A DNA stretch of 64,000 nt from Gemmatimonadaceae bacterium (GCA_035652495.1 DASRDS010000204.1:3214-67213), one strand, 5' to 3'; numbered from the stretch's first letter, positions 28,840-41,255 are shown. Numbers and translations: made by a program. Notes: a model not told the origin generated them from the letters alone.

Positions 28840-29226
28840 TCACCCAGGGCCGAGCTTTGCACCCTCGCGGCGTTCTATCTCAGAAGACATCAGCTCGATA
28901 ATCGTTTTCGCTAGCGCAATGAGTTCAAGCAGGCGTGTTCGTGTGAGAGTGCTATCTTTCTCGAATCGATGCACGATTCCGTGGCGGAATGAGATCAACT
29001 CCTCAAGTGCGTTACTCAGCACTGGAAGTCGTCTGCTGACTCGGCGTCGTTGCTTGATCAGTCCACGAAAGTTAATCTGAAAGTTTGACTCGAATGCTTT
29101 ATGGATGCTGTCAATGTTCTGAAAGCTGAACCAAGACGCGGCAATTTGCGGCAACGTGACAGTCCTCCTGACCAAATCAACGGCTTCTTCGAATGACACT
29201 TTGCGATTATCGCCGACCTTCAGCAA
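28840..29226 (-). CDS. HEPN-like (RiboL-PSP-HEPN-type) C-terminal segment
   Basis: TTG start in the track. Contains ELISFRHGIVHRFEK (R-x4-H). Same frame as the upstream ORF 29278..29892, separated by one TGA. Confidence 0.45.
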   Translation of the reverse strand: MLKVGDNRKVSFEEAVDLVRRTVTLPQIAASWFSFQNIDSIHKAFESNFQINFRGLIKQRRRVSRRLPVLSNALEELISFRHGIVHRFEKDSTLTRTRLLELIALAKTIIELMSSEIERREGAKLGPG

Positions 29227-29277
29227 CGCTTTTTCGTTATAAGCGAGCAGGATTTGGAACGAGTTACTAAAAAGTGT

Positions 29278-29892
29278 TCAAGCGATGCGACGACGAACGG
29301 CACAAGTGCGTTGTAAAGAAGGCGGCTTCCACCAGAGGCGGCGAACCGTCTCCAATAGCTCTAGATCGACATTAGTCTCAGTTACCCTGCCTACTCTTGT
29401 TGAGACACTCTGAATCTGTTCTTCTGGAATCGTGTGCTCAAGCGCTTCTAGATCCGCAATTACACGATCTCTGAGCGCGTAGAGCCCTCGTGTCACTGCC
29501 GTGCTCAGCGGCCGGTTGATGGGAATGTAGCGATTCCTTCCGAAATGGTCATTCTCGAAAAACCCACCGAAAGCACGTTTCAGAGTGCGAACGGTTTCGT
29601 TTTGGTGCTCTTTGTCAAAGGTGCTCGCCCACATGGACGTTCGAAGTCGAATAGCCCAGTCGCTAGACGTGCCCGACTCTCGCTTTCCCTCATCGTCGAG
29701 AGGATAGGCGGAGCCATCAATCCCTGATGCGGATCGAAAGTCCCTCGAATCCCACCATGAGTAGTGCCTCGTGCCAGTTGGACCGGGATGAAACGGATTG
29801 TTCGCTACGCGAACGTATCCGCCAGCCAGCAGAGCATCCTCGATCTTCCCAATCGTTCCGGCCTCCGGAAACGAGAACGTCTCGATACTCAT
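29278..29892 (-). CDS. hypothetical protein (unknown N-terminal domain of a probable split HEPN gene)
   Basis: 204-aa ORF with normal composition until about aa 180. The last about 25 aa (RRLWWKPPSLQRTCAVRRRIA) look out of frame. Confidence 0.45.
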   Translation of the reverse strand: MSIETFSFPEAGTIGKIEDALLAGGYVRVANNPFHPGPTGTRHYSWWDSRDFRSASGIDGSAYPLDDEGKRESGTSSDWAIRLRTSMWASTFDKEHQNETVRTLKRAFGGFFENDHFGRNRYIPINRPLSTAVTRGLYALRDRVIADLEALEHTIPEEQIQSVSTRVGRVTETNVDLELLETVRRLWWKPPSLQRTCAVRRRIA

Positions 29893-30194
29893 GGAAAGGC
29901 TTCATTCCCAAAAGAACAACATCGGCCGGGCGTCGTGTCGCACGGCTCGCGGAACCACGCTCCACCGGAAGCGCAGACGGAATCGTAGACCGTCAGCGCG
30001 TTGCGAAATCCTGCCACAGTTCCTTCACCGACGCCATCGCCTCAATCCCGGTCGTGAAGGGGTGGTGATCATCTCCGAGCCGTCAGAGCGGATCTCGACT
30101 TCGACGCCACCGGGAGCGAACCGGATCACGCATTCGAGGATGCGTCCGCTTGCGCCTGTCATCCGCCACAGCACGGTGTCGTTGTCCTGCACCA

Positions 30195-30491
30195 CTAACG
30201 GATCCTACGTCGTTCAGGCGGCGTTTCGGCGGATGCGGCTGAAGACGCATTGAGCTTCAGAACGGTTGTCGGACTGTCTGGCGAGGCTTCATCGGTGAAC
30301 GGCGAGCGTCGGTGGAACAGGGCCAGTCCTGAGGCTAGGCAGCACAGCGCAAACGCAATCGCACCCTGCCACTTGCGCCACCACACCTGCGGATCGCTAT
30401 AGAGCCAGTCCCATCGATGGAATGTCGTCACGAGCATTACGAAGCCCGCCGCGCCAATCACCCGGACAAATCGAGGCTGTCGCGTCCACAT
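30195..30491 (-). CDS. small 2-TM membrane protein
   Basis: Two hydrophobic helices: VIGAAGFVMLVTTF and [17 protein letters not shown]. Confidence 0.4.
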   Translation of the reverse strand: MWTRQPRFVRVIGAAGFVMLVTTFHRWDWLYSDPQVWWRKWQGAIAFALCCLASGLALFHRRSPFTDEASPDSPTTVLKLNASSAASAETPPERRRIR

Positions 30492-30791
30492 CAGTGCAAC
30501 GCGGAGGTTAGCGCGGTGTCGTTGCCCCTGTCTAGGGAGCGTTGTTCACAACTGAGCGGGGTCTGTCCGGGCGGATTCGGGTGAAAGTGTGCGGGGATAT
30601 CCAGCGTTGTCGGAGGCCGATTAATCCTCGAATCCGGCCTGTCGGTCGGCCCGTTTCGAGTTGGAGTGCCCAGGGGACGTTGTTCTGATGGGGTGGGCGG
30701 TCAGTGAGCATTTGATTCTGAAGTCGGTTAGATCCCCATGCAGCCGCCTTCGCTCGCCTTCCGAACGCTCAGCCTCGGATACAATCACGCG

Positions 30792-31076
30792 ATGGCTAAA
30801 CACTCCTCCCACATCCTCGAACTGGCTCGGAAAGGTGCTGAAGCTCGGCTCCGAGAACTGGTTGACGAGGCCAGAAAGCTGGTTAGCTCGTTTCCGCACC
30901 TGCGGGATTCGTTCGACGCAGACGAACTGCCGATCAAGTTTAGGTTGCGATCAGCGGCAGAGAGACCGGAACGGCGGGCGGTGCGACGGCGGGCCAAATG
31001 GAGCGCAGCGCAGCGCAAGGCGGTCTCAGCGCGGATGAAGAAGTATTGGGCTGCACGACGAAGAGCAAAGCGATAA
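30792..31076 (+). CDS. small basic hypothetical protein
   Basis: ATG 30792 gives MAKHSSHILELARKGAEARLRELVDEARKL ... KWSAAQRKAVSARMKKYWAARRR. Helical, Lys/Arg-rich C-terminus. Confidence 0.45.
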   Translation: MAKHSSHILELARKGAEARLRELVDEARKLVSSFPHLRDSFDADELPIKFRLRSAAERPERRAVRRRAKWSAAQRKAVSARMKKYWAARRRAKR

Positions 31077-31117
31077 ACGGGAGAAGGAGTGGGCTGACGT
31101 AACAGTGGCCAAGCAGG

Positions 31118-31390
31118 ATGCTTTTAGGCTATAGCGTCTACCTCGTTCTGACGTTGATCCTCGGAGCGTTCTGGTGGTCAGCGTTTCGAGGCCCCTTTTC
31201 TTTCTTCCTCATTATTTGGGCCACCGTGACGATTCCTCCGGGTCTCGGTGCAGCGGCCCTGTTGATACCAGCGTTCGGCTCAGGGCATTTGCAGACTCGC
31301 CCCCAACGGGTGCTGCTCTTTAACGTCGTCGCACTGGTGCTTCTCGCCTTGTGGTTTTGGACCTTCAAGTCAAGCTTTGACGGTCCCTGA
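31118..31390 (+). CDS. small 3-TM membrane protein
   Basis: 90 aa with three clear hydrophobic helices. Confidence 0.45.
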   Translation: MLLGYSVYLVLTLILGAFWWSAFRGPFSFFLIIWATVTIPPGLGAAALLIPAFGSGHLQTRPQRVLLFNVVALVLLALWFWTFKSSFDGP

Positions 31391-31471
31391 AGAGGGGCTC
31401 AATCGGATCTTGTAAGCCGTCACCGCTGGCGGAACCGCTGGAAGAACTGGGCTAACGAAAGGCCTAGAGCG

Positions 31472-31735
31472 TTGGCGAGCTGGCCGAAAGGTGGACGGCC
31501 GCGCGTCTCTGATCGCGCGTGTCTCATCGGCGTTCTGTTTGTCCTTCGCAGCGGCGTTCCCTGGCAGATGCTTCCACCGGAACTCGGCTGCGGCTCGGGG
31601 ATGACGTGCTGGCGCCGCCTGCGCGACTGGCAACGAGCGGGCGTGTGGGATCTCATTCACTTCGCGCTGCTGGATTGGCTCGCTCGACACGATCAGATTG
31701 ATTGGTTGCGAGCGGTCGCGGACAGTTGTTTGTAG
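31472..31735 (+). mobile_element. IS5-family transposase N-terminal fragment (DUF4096-type)
   Basis: [54 protein letters not shown] matches the N-terminal domain of IS5/IS427-group transposases. No DDE domain follows. Confidence 0.7.
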
Positions 31736-31912
31736 ACGCACCAAGACGCCGCCGTTTGTCGTGCGCGTAGGTCGCCATGTGCGATTCAGCTCCCATGGGA
31801 TTGAGCGGTTCATTCGCAATCGCATGAGAGCGAAGTGAGCGAACTGAATGAAACACCGGCATGAGTCTGGCACCTCTGTAGGGTTTCTCTTCTAGCATGG
31901 AGGTCTGAGACG

Positions 31913-33047
31913 ATGAACGATGCTGCAAGATCACGCTCAGCGACGAAAACGGTGCGTGGAATGGGGAGAACGCTTCTAAGAGGCGACGTATGGTGGATCT
32001 CCTACTACTTCAACGGAAAGGAGGTTCGGGAGAGCTCGAAATCTCGCAACGAGACGAACGCCAGACGGCTGCTCAAGAAGCGGCTCCAGGAAATCCACGG
32101 CAATCGGTTTACTGGGCCACAGGAGGAGAAGCTTTCGGTTCACGAACTCCTGGATGCGCTGATTACTCATCTGGAGACAAAAGGAGCGAAGACCGTGCAG
32201 CGGCTCAAGTCGCATCTCACGCCGCTGCGGGAGAAGTTCACGCTCACGCGGGCAATCAACGTGACCACGGCGGCTGTTGAAAGCTATGTGGCAGAGCGGC
32301 TGAAGCTCGGAAAGGCACGAGCGACGGTCAATCGTGAAATCGGGGCACTGAAACAGGCGCTGAACCTCGCTCGGAAGCAGGCGCGACTGACTCGTGTGCC
32401 CTACATCCCGATGCTGCGCGAGGAAATGCCCGACAAGGGTTCTTCGAGCACGCCGATTTTGAGACGCTAGCGACAGCACTGCCTGAGCCGATCAACGAGA
32501 TCGCTCGGTTCGCATTTCTGACTGGGTGGCGAAAGGGTGAGATTCCGCCGCTACGCTGGAATGCGGTGGACCGTCAGGCGAGAGAGGTCCGGCTCCGCAC
32601 CTCCAAGAACGGCCAGGGCCGCGTGCTGCCGTTGACAGGTGATCTGTGGGATCTGATCAACGCCGTTGGAATGCTCGCACGATCCAGAAGAAGGACGGCA
32701 CAACGAAGTTGTCGGAGTTCGTGTTTCATCGCAACGGCCGACAGGTCGTGGAGTTCCGTCGGGAGTGGAAGGCAGCATGCAAGTCAGCTCACCTGACCGG
32801 CCGCATCTTCCACGACTTCAGGCGCACGGCAGTTCGGAACATGATCCGGGCTGGCGTTCCGCAGTCGGTGGCGATGAGCATCAGCGGGCACAAGACCGTC
32901 TCGATGTTCAATCGCTATAACATCACGAGCGCGGCGGACAAGCTGGAGGCACTGCGGCGGACGGCGGAACATCTATCAGCGCAGCCGAAGCAGAAGCAAG
33001 GAGGCGAGGTGTTCGAAATGCCCGAGCAGGAGAAGGCGTCTCGATGA
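31913..33047 (+). pseudogene. tyrosine recombinase (phage-type integrase) disrupted by two frameshifts
   Basis: Frame 1 (31913-32470): N-terminal SAM-like domain. Frame 2 (about 32440-32660): FFEHADFETLATALPEPINEIARFAFLTGWRKGEI...RTSKNGQGRVLPL. Frame 3 (32646-33047): FHDFRRTAVRNM...ISGHKT..MFNRYN (catalytic H-x-x-R, H, Y). Confidence 0.8.
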
Positions 33048-33050
33048 GAA

Positions 33051-33069
33051 CACGGACAAAACACGGACA
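33051..33069. repeat. 19-nt direct repeat CACGGACAAAACACGGACA, copy 2
   Basis: Starts 4 nt after the integrase stop (33047). Exact copy of 27526..27544. Confidence 0.8.
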
Positions 33070-33791
33070 GTCCTGCCAGAAACCGTAGACTCCCCTTCAC
33101 AACTGGCCGATTTTCTTAAGGAAATTGGCTCACCGTACTGGACGATTTTCGCAACTGGCTCGTCCGCTGCGGCTGAAAGCGCCGTCCCCGATTCTCGAGA
33201 GATTTCGCTGTTTCGCCAATCAACCGACCCGACCCGCGTCCCCATCAAGGGACTCAGGGCTGATGACACGCACGACAGAGCGGCTGCTTGAACAATTCGA
33301 AACGCTTCCGGACCAGGAACGCTCCGAACTCACGGTCGAGCCAACGCGTCGTCGTCCCGCCCTCATTCATCAGCGTCCCGGTCGAAGATCAAGGTCGAGC
33401 GCTCGTCACGCTGGTTCCGGCCGATCGACGACTATCACTCCATCGCCGGGCCCGAGGGGCGTCACACAGAGGTGTTCGCGCTCGTTCGCAATCACCGCGA
33501 TGGTGCACTCTCGCTCGAGTGAAGAGCGACGAAACCCGAAGCAGAGACCGCCGGTGGCACCAATGCCATCGCCGTCGTGATCGCCGCAACTCCATCGTGC
33601 AGACTAAGCGACGCCTGTTCTCATCTTCACGTCACCAGCGGCCGTCCGCCGCGTGGCCTCCGCGTACTGAATGACGACCTTGATGTCATCGGGCGCTCGT
33701 TCGAGCGCCTGGTGGAAATGCTCCGGCTTCTCACGGCGCGTGATCAGGCGTTGCAGCCGGCCGCTGATCACACGAAGCAGTGCTGCACGAT

Positions 33792-35480
33792 TTACCGCGC
33801 GGGCGACGGCAGGCCGGGCGCCGCCCGCATCTGCTCAGCCAGCGGCGATCCGATCGGTCTTGTCCGAACCTGGTCCAAGTCGGCGAGCTGCACGACTTGC
33901 GAGGGCAGCGCGATGGCCGTTCCGGCACGCTCGACGAGACCCATGATGGCCATCAACAGTTCCTGCTGCGTTTCGAGAAAGCGGTCCCAATCCTCGGCCA
34001 GGACGTACGCAAAGACTTCGATCTCGAGCGAGAACGGACCGAAGCGCTTGAAACGCACGCGGATCGGTTCGCGCGGGTCGATCGTGGGGTGAGCCGCCAG
34101 GTGGCTTCGAATGCCGTCGAGCACGGCGTGCATCTGCTCCGACGTCGTCTCGTAACCAAGGCCCACGACGTGATGGAACCAGAACTTGTCGCGGGACGAC
34201 AAGGTCTCGATATTCGCGGTCGCGATCTGGCTGTTGGGGACGCTGACGATGGTGCGATCGAGCGTACGGATCCGGGTCGATCGCAAACCGATGGAAGCCA
34301 CGGTGCCCTCCGTATCGCCTAGCTTCAGGGAATCGCCGACACTGACGGCCTTGTCGAAGATGATCGAGAGGCCCCCGATGACGTTCTCCAGCGTCTTCTG
34401 CGCGGCAAGGGCGACCGCGATGCCGCCGATCCCCAGGCCAGCCAGTACGGCGGTCGGGGCGATGCCGAAGTAGTTCAGCGTCAGCAGGCCGCCGAGGGCG
34501 AGGACGACGACGTCGGTCGCCTGTCGAAGGAGGCGCAGGAGCGCCGTCATCTCCGGATGGCCCGACGTCCGCGACCGCTTCAGGCAGTAGCGTTCGCCCA
34601 CGGTCGTCAGCACCAGCACCACCCACACGCACGAGACGATCGTGAACATCGCGATCACGATGGTCCAGAACTGCCGCTCGATCAGCGGCAGGTCGAGCGC
34701 CGTCACGAGCCAGCGAAGGACGCCCGCGAGAATCAGCAGCCGGACGAACCCTGGAAAGATCTGGCGAGCGGAGCCCCGCGTCGGCGATCGCCAGAACGTG
34801 GCGAAGTGTCCCATCAACCGGCCCAAGAGGCCGATCAGCCAATAGGACAGCGGCACGAGCAGCGTGAGCACAATCCACGCGAATAATCGAACGCCTCCAA
34901 TCCGCACCGTCATCACGCGCGGAATGAAGGGATCCACGGACACGAGATTCACTTCGTCGGCCACGTCGGGAATCGCCTGCAGGGTCTGACGCGAGAACAA
35001 CCAGATGCGCCCGGCCGGGCCGCGGTTCACGCGTTCGACAATGACGTCGAGCGGACCGTTGGCCGTGCTGATGGTCCCGACAACGTCCTGATCAGGTTTC
35101 AACGGATTGGCGAGACCGCCTTCCGGCCGATCGCTCACCTCGGTCAGGCGGGCCGGAAGACGGCTGTCGAGGACCATGTAGAGTTGCTGCGCCAGCTTCG
35201 CGGCGGCAGCCCCGCGGAGGTTGGTGTTCAAGTACACCGAGGCTGCCTCGGCGTTGTTCTGGCGGAACACACGTATGAAGCCGACCACGGTCCCTCGCGG
35301 CGATTCGCGGCCAAGCGGGTCTGTCGCCGGCTCAGTCTGCGCTCCGCCGGGCGTGGCCGGCGCGCTCGTTGGGGGCTGCGCGTTCAGCACACCGGGCAGA
35401 AGCGCGATCAGGGCACATGCCAATCGCAACGCCGACCACAGGCACATCCGTCGAGGTTCCGACATGCGCATGCACGACAT
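33792..35480 (-). CDS. MscS-family mechanosensitive channel with large exported N-terminal domain
   Basis: Channel core LAAQKTLENVIGGLSIIFDKAVSVGDSLKLGDTEGTVASIGLRSTRIRTLDRTIVSVPNS. ATG 35480 has GGAGG 7 nt upstream; the ORF is open to 35543. Confidence 0.85.
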   Translation of the reverse strand: MSCMRMSEPRRMCLWSALRLACALIALLPGVLNAQPPTSAPATPGGAQTEPATDPLGRESPRGTVVGFIRVFRQNNAEAASVYLNTNLRGAAAAKLAQQLYMVLDSRLPARLTEVSDRPEGGLANPLKPDQDVVGTISTANGPLDVIVERVNRGPAGRIWLFSRQTLQAIPDVADEVNLVSVDPFIPRVMTVRIGGVRLFAWIVLTLLVPLSYWLIGLLGRLMGHFATFWRSPTRGSARQIFPGFVRLLILAGVLRWLVTALDLPLIERQFWTIVIAMFTIVSCVWVVLVLTTVGERYCLKRSRTSGHPEMTALLRLLRQATDVVVLALGGLLTLNYFGIAPTAVLAGLGIGGIAVALAAQKTLENVIGGLSIIFDKAVSVGDSLKLGDTEGTVASIGLRSTRIRTLDRTIVSVPNSQIATANIETLSSRDKFWFHHVVGLGYETTSEQMHAVLDGIRSHLAAHPTIDPREPIRVRFKRFGPFSLEIEVFAYVLAEDWDRFLETQQELLMAIMGLVERAGTAIALPSQVVQLADLDQVRTRPIGSPLAEQMRAAPGLPSPAR

Positions 35481-35561
35481 GCCCCAGCCTCCGTCACCTA
35501 CACGGGTTCGCGTAAGGCGGTGACTCCAACAGCGGGTCACCACCTTCCGATTCGGTGTTCG

Positions 35562-37706
<2,145 letters not shown>

Positions 37707-37745
37707 CTTCTTCTCTCCTGGTCGATTGCGAGAGCCCACCATCGC

Positions 37746-40475
37746 TTACGTCGTCCGCACGCCGTGAGCGAACCCGGCCTGCTTGCCTGACTGGAGAGCC
37801 CGTTCGGCGTCCAGCACGCCGTACAACTGGATGAGTTTGGCCACGAGCCCGGTCCATCCGGTCTGATGGCTGGCGCCGAGGCCGGCGCCGTTGTCGCCGT
37901 GGAAGTACTCGTAGAACAAGATGTGGTCGCGCCAGTGCGGATCGGTCTGGAACTTCTCGGTACCGCCGTAGACCGGCCGCCGGCCGTGTGCGTCGCGTGT
38001 GAAGATCCGTGTAAGCCGGGCGGCGATTTCCTGGCTCACTTCGAAGAGGTTCATCTGCTTCCCCGACCCGGTGGGGCATTCGATGGTGAAGTTGTCGCCG
38101 TAGTACAGATAGAAGTTCAGGAGCGCTCTGATCAACATCACGTTGACCGGCATCCAGATGGGACCGCGCCAGTTGGAGTTGCCGCCGAACATCCCGGTGT
38201 TCGATTCGGCGGGCAGATAGTCCACGCGGTATTCCTGGCCTCCGGCATGGAAGATGTACGGGTGCCGCTCGTGGAACTTGGAGAGCGCGCGGATGCCGTA
38301 GGGACTCAGGAACTCGTTCTCGTCGAGCATCTTCGTGAGGATCCGGCGCAGCCGCTCCGGCGTGAGCAGCGCGATCACACCGCGATCGTTCACGCCGAGA
38401 TGCCCCGGGCCCGTCGGATGCATCGTCGCCGATAGTTCGGGCATCCGGCGCAGCCGCTCCTGGATCCCGGCCATCGTTCGCGGGACACGCTCCCGCTGCC
38501 ACTTCTCGATCACCGTGGTGGCGCACAGCGGGAGGAGGCCCACCATCGAGCGGACCTTGAGCCGCCGGGCGCTGCCGTCGGGGAGCCGGAGCAGGTCGTA
38601 GTAGAAGCCGTCCTCTTCGTCCCACATGCCGTTCACGCCGGGCCGGTTCATCGCCGCGGCGATGTAGTAGAAGTGCTCCGCGAACTTGAACACCATGTCT
38701 TGGTAGGTGGGGTCGTGCGCGGCGAGCTCAATCGCGAGCTCCAACATGTTCTGGCTGAAGAGCGCCATCCACGCCGTGCCGTCCGCCTGTTCGAGATGGC
38801 CGCCCGTGGGCAGCGGGGCGCTGCGATCGAAGACGCCGATGTTGTCGAGGCCGAGGAAGCCGCCCTCGAAGACGTTCTTGCCGAAGCGGTCCTTGCGATT
38901 GACCCACCAGGTGAAGTTCAGCAGCAGCTTGTTGAAGGTCGACTTGAGGAAGTCCACATCCGCTTCGCCGCGCAGCGCTTGCTCGGTGCGATGGAGGAAC
39001 AGCGTCGCAAAGGCGTGAACCGGGGGGTTGACGTCGCTGAAGTTCCATTCGTACGCGGGCATCTGGCCGTTGGGATGCATGTACGCGGCGCGGAGCATCA
39101 GTTTCATCTGCTCCTTGGCGAAATCCGGGTCCACGATCGAGAGCGGGAGCGTGTGGAAGGCGAGGTCCCAGGCCGCGTACCAGGGGTACTCCCACTTGTC
39201 GGGCATCGAGATGATGTCCCGGTTCAGCATGTGGTACCACTCCGAGTTCCGGGCCATTCGATAACCGTGATGGAGGGGATTGGAGTGGTGCTCGTCCAGC
39301 CAGTTGTCGCCGTCGAAGAAGAAGAACTGCTTGCTCCACAGCATGCCGGCGATCGCTTGACGCATCACGCTGGCCGCGTCTTGACTCACGGATGGCGGCG
39401 TCACCGACTGGTAGAATTCGTCCGCCTCACGAAGCCTGACCGCGAAGGTGTCGTCGAACGACGTTCCGAACGCCTGACCCTTCTGGTCGAGGGCACTGCT
39501 CGAGAGCCGCAGGCGAATCACGCGCGTCTCGCCGGCGCCGATCGTGACGTAGTAGTGCGCGGCAACCTTGGTGCCCTGCTTGTCTGGATTCACGACGTCC
39601 TGACGGCCCTGCACCACGCAGTCGTTGATGCCGTCCTTGACGTAGGGGCTCTCGTTCTTGGTGCCGAACAGCCGCGCGTGGTTGGTTTCGTTCTCGGTGA
39701 AGAGCAGCGGCACGTCCCCTTCGCACGACAGGACGAAGGTCCCGAACAGGGAATGCGCCGCGGCCGCCACCGTGACGCCGGAGGGTGCCTCGATCTGTTC
39801 GATCTGCGGCTTCTCGGGAGCCCTGTTCGATTCCGCAATCCACTTCGACCAGTCGTTGCGGAACCACAGCGTCGGCAGCAGGTGCAGATCGGCCGCGTCC
39901 GGTCCGCGGTTGGCCGCTGTGATGCGCACGAGAATGTCTTCGGCGGCGCCCTTGGCGTACTCCACGAAGACGTCGAAATAGCGGTCGTCGTGGAAGACGC
40001 CCGTGTCGAGGAGCTCGTACTCCATGTCGTCGCGCGTGCGCCGGCGGTTCGTCTCGATCAAGTCGGCGTAGGGATAGGCGGCCTGCGGGTATTTGTAGAG
40101 GTACTTCATGTACGAGTGCGTCGGCGTGCTATCGAGGTAGAAGTAGTACTCCTTCACGTCCTCGCCGTGGTTGCCTTCGCTGTTGGTCAACCCGAAGAGC
40201 CGCTCCTTGAGAATCGGGTCCTTGCCGTTCCAGAGGGCCAGACTGAAGCAGAGTCGCTGCTGGTCGTCGGAAATGCCCGCGATGCCGTCCTCGCCCCAGC
40301 GGTAGGCGCGCGAGCGGGCATGATCATGCGTGAAGAAATTCCAGGCGTCACCGCTCGGGCTGTAGTCCTCGCGCACGGTGCCCCACTGGCGTTCGCTGAG
40401 GTACGGTCCCCACTTCTTCCACGCGATGGTGCCTGTCCGCGCTTCTTCGAGCCGACGTTGTTCAGCGGTCACCAT
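37746..40475 (-). CDS. GH63-like (MGH1-type) glucosidase
   Basis: 909 aa. N-terminus WKKWGPYLSERQWGTVREDYSPSGDAWNFFTHDHARSRAYRWGEDGIAGISD and an (alpha/alpha)6-like C-half (WYHMLN..., GGNSNWRGPIWMPVN) typical of this family as I recall it. Confidence 0.75.
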   Translation of the reverse strand: MVTAEQRRLEEARTGTIAWKKWGPYLSERQWGTVREDYSPSGDAWNFFTHDHARSRAYRWGEDGIAGISDDQQRLCFSLALWNGKDPILKERLFGLTNSEGNHGEDVKEYYFYLDSTPTHSYMKYLYKYPQAAYPYADLIETNRRRTRDDMEYELLDTGVFHDDRYFDVFVEYAKGAAEDILVRITAANRGPDAADLHLLPTLWFRNDWSKWIAESNRAPEKPQIEQIEAPSGVTVAAAAHSLFGTFVLSCEGDVPLLFTENETNHARLFGTKNESPYVKDGINDCVVQGRQDVVNPDKQGTKVAAHYYVTIGAGETRVIRLRLSSSALDQKGQAFGTSFDDTFAVRLREADEFYQSVTPPSVSQDAASVMRQAIAGMLWSKQFFFFDGDNWLDEHHSNPLHHGYRMARNSEWYHMLNRDIISMPDKWEYPWYAAWDLAFHTLPLSIVDPDFAKEQMKLMLRAAYMHPNGQMPAYEWNFSDVNPPVHAFATLFLHRTEQALRGEADVDFLKSTFNKLLLNFTWWVNRKDRFGKNVFEGGFLGLDNIGVFDRSAPLPTGGHLEQADGTAWMALFSQNMLELAIELAAHDPTYQDMVFKFAEHFYYIAAAMNRPGVNGMWDEEDGFYYDLLRLPDGSARRLKVRSMVGLLPLCATTVIEKWQRERVPRTMAGIQERLRRMPELSATMHPTGPGHLGVNDRGVIALLTPERLRRILTKMLDENEFLSPYGIRALSKFHERHPYIFHAGGQEYRVDYLPAESNTGMFGGNSNWRGPIWMPVNVMLIRALLNFYLYYGDNFTIECPTGSGKQMNLFEVSQEIAARLTRIFTRDAHGRRPVYGGTEKFQTDPHWRDHILFYEYFHGDNGAGLGASHQTGWTGLVAKLIQLYGVLDAERALQSGKQAGFAHGVRTT

Positions 40476-41210
40476 AGATCCCTCTCTGGTCCACTTGAAA
40501 AGCCGTGCGCCGCGGGACGTTGCGCCGGACGAACGGACATACGTTCACCCAGTACAAGGATAGAAAGACATGCCCGCAGGCACTATGCAGTTTCGGCACG
40601 GAATGCGTCGGTCGATTCGTCGCGTCGCGCCTGCGGCGCATTTATGGAAGGACTACCGGAGGCGGATGAAGGAAGCGCTCGGATCCCGCTGCGGAACGGC
40701 AGGATCCGCCTGGACGTCATCGGCGTGAACCGCACCGCATCGGCAATCCGCGAGCAGCTTCAGGCTCGTGCGCACGACTCCGGAAAACAAGAAGCCAACG
40801 CACAAATGCCGTTCGAGATCGAGAACGAGGCCGATATTTCGTGGGAGGATTCAAGGACTGGCGTCTACGACAACCAGGAAGGCCGTGTGATGTTCATGGA
40901 GACGCGACGTAACGAGAAGATCCAAACAAGACCGGCGGGCTCACGATGGAAACGGTTATGAACGGCTTGAACAGCTCGGTATCGTCCTTCAGAACCGCCG
41001 TCATCACGCGCGCGAAGGCTTTGTCGTGCTCGATCCGAGCGTTCTGCTTGTTGGAGTTCTGCTTGGCGTTCTGGTGTTACGCGAAATCCGCACGACCAAG
41101 CGAAATTGGTCAAGACGCTGCTATCGAACCGCACGTTCGACCGCGGAAGTCTCACGCCCACATACGTTAAGCCGTTCGATCTCTTCGTTGGTGGTGCGAA
41201 AACTGGGGAT

Positions 41211-41255
41211 TGGCTCCTCAGGTTGGACTCGAACCAACAACCCTCCGGTTAACAG
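41211..41255 (-). repeat. tRNA-Asn(GUU) 3' half, copy B (att-like)
   Basis: Identical to copy A over 53 nt (41203-41255 vs 27364-27416, including 8 nt 3' of the CCA). No 5' half is adjacent. Confidence 0.8.

Noticed and set aside
33263-33520. Possible toxin-antitoxin remnant: MTRTTERLLEQFETLPDQERSEL… (addiction-module-antidote-like) followed in another frame by …GRHTEVFALVRNHRDGALSLE
   Set aside because: Only about 25 residues of each are suggestive. The frames are broken and there are no complete ORFs. Too weak to annotate.
38673-40961. 762-aa plus-strand ORF, and likewise 36318..37790 (+), 765..2060 (+) and 13630..14823 (-)
   Set aside because: All are antisense shadows of well-supported genes (GH63-like glucosidase, GlgX, TonB receptor, ABC genes) and have Arg/Val/His-rich, low-complexity-like composition.
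40644-40961. Possible 105-aa gene (MEGLPEADEGSARIPLRNGRIRLDVIGV…) in the tail of the antisense ORF
   Set aside because: It lies in intergenic DNA and has an ATG, but I saw no SD, no recognisable domain and no conserved-looking features. Not enough support to call it.
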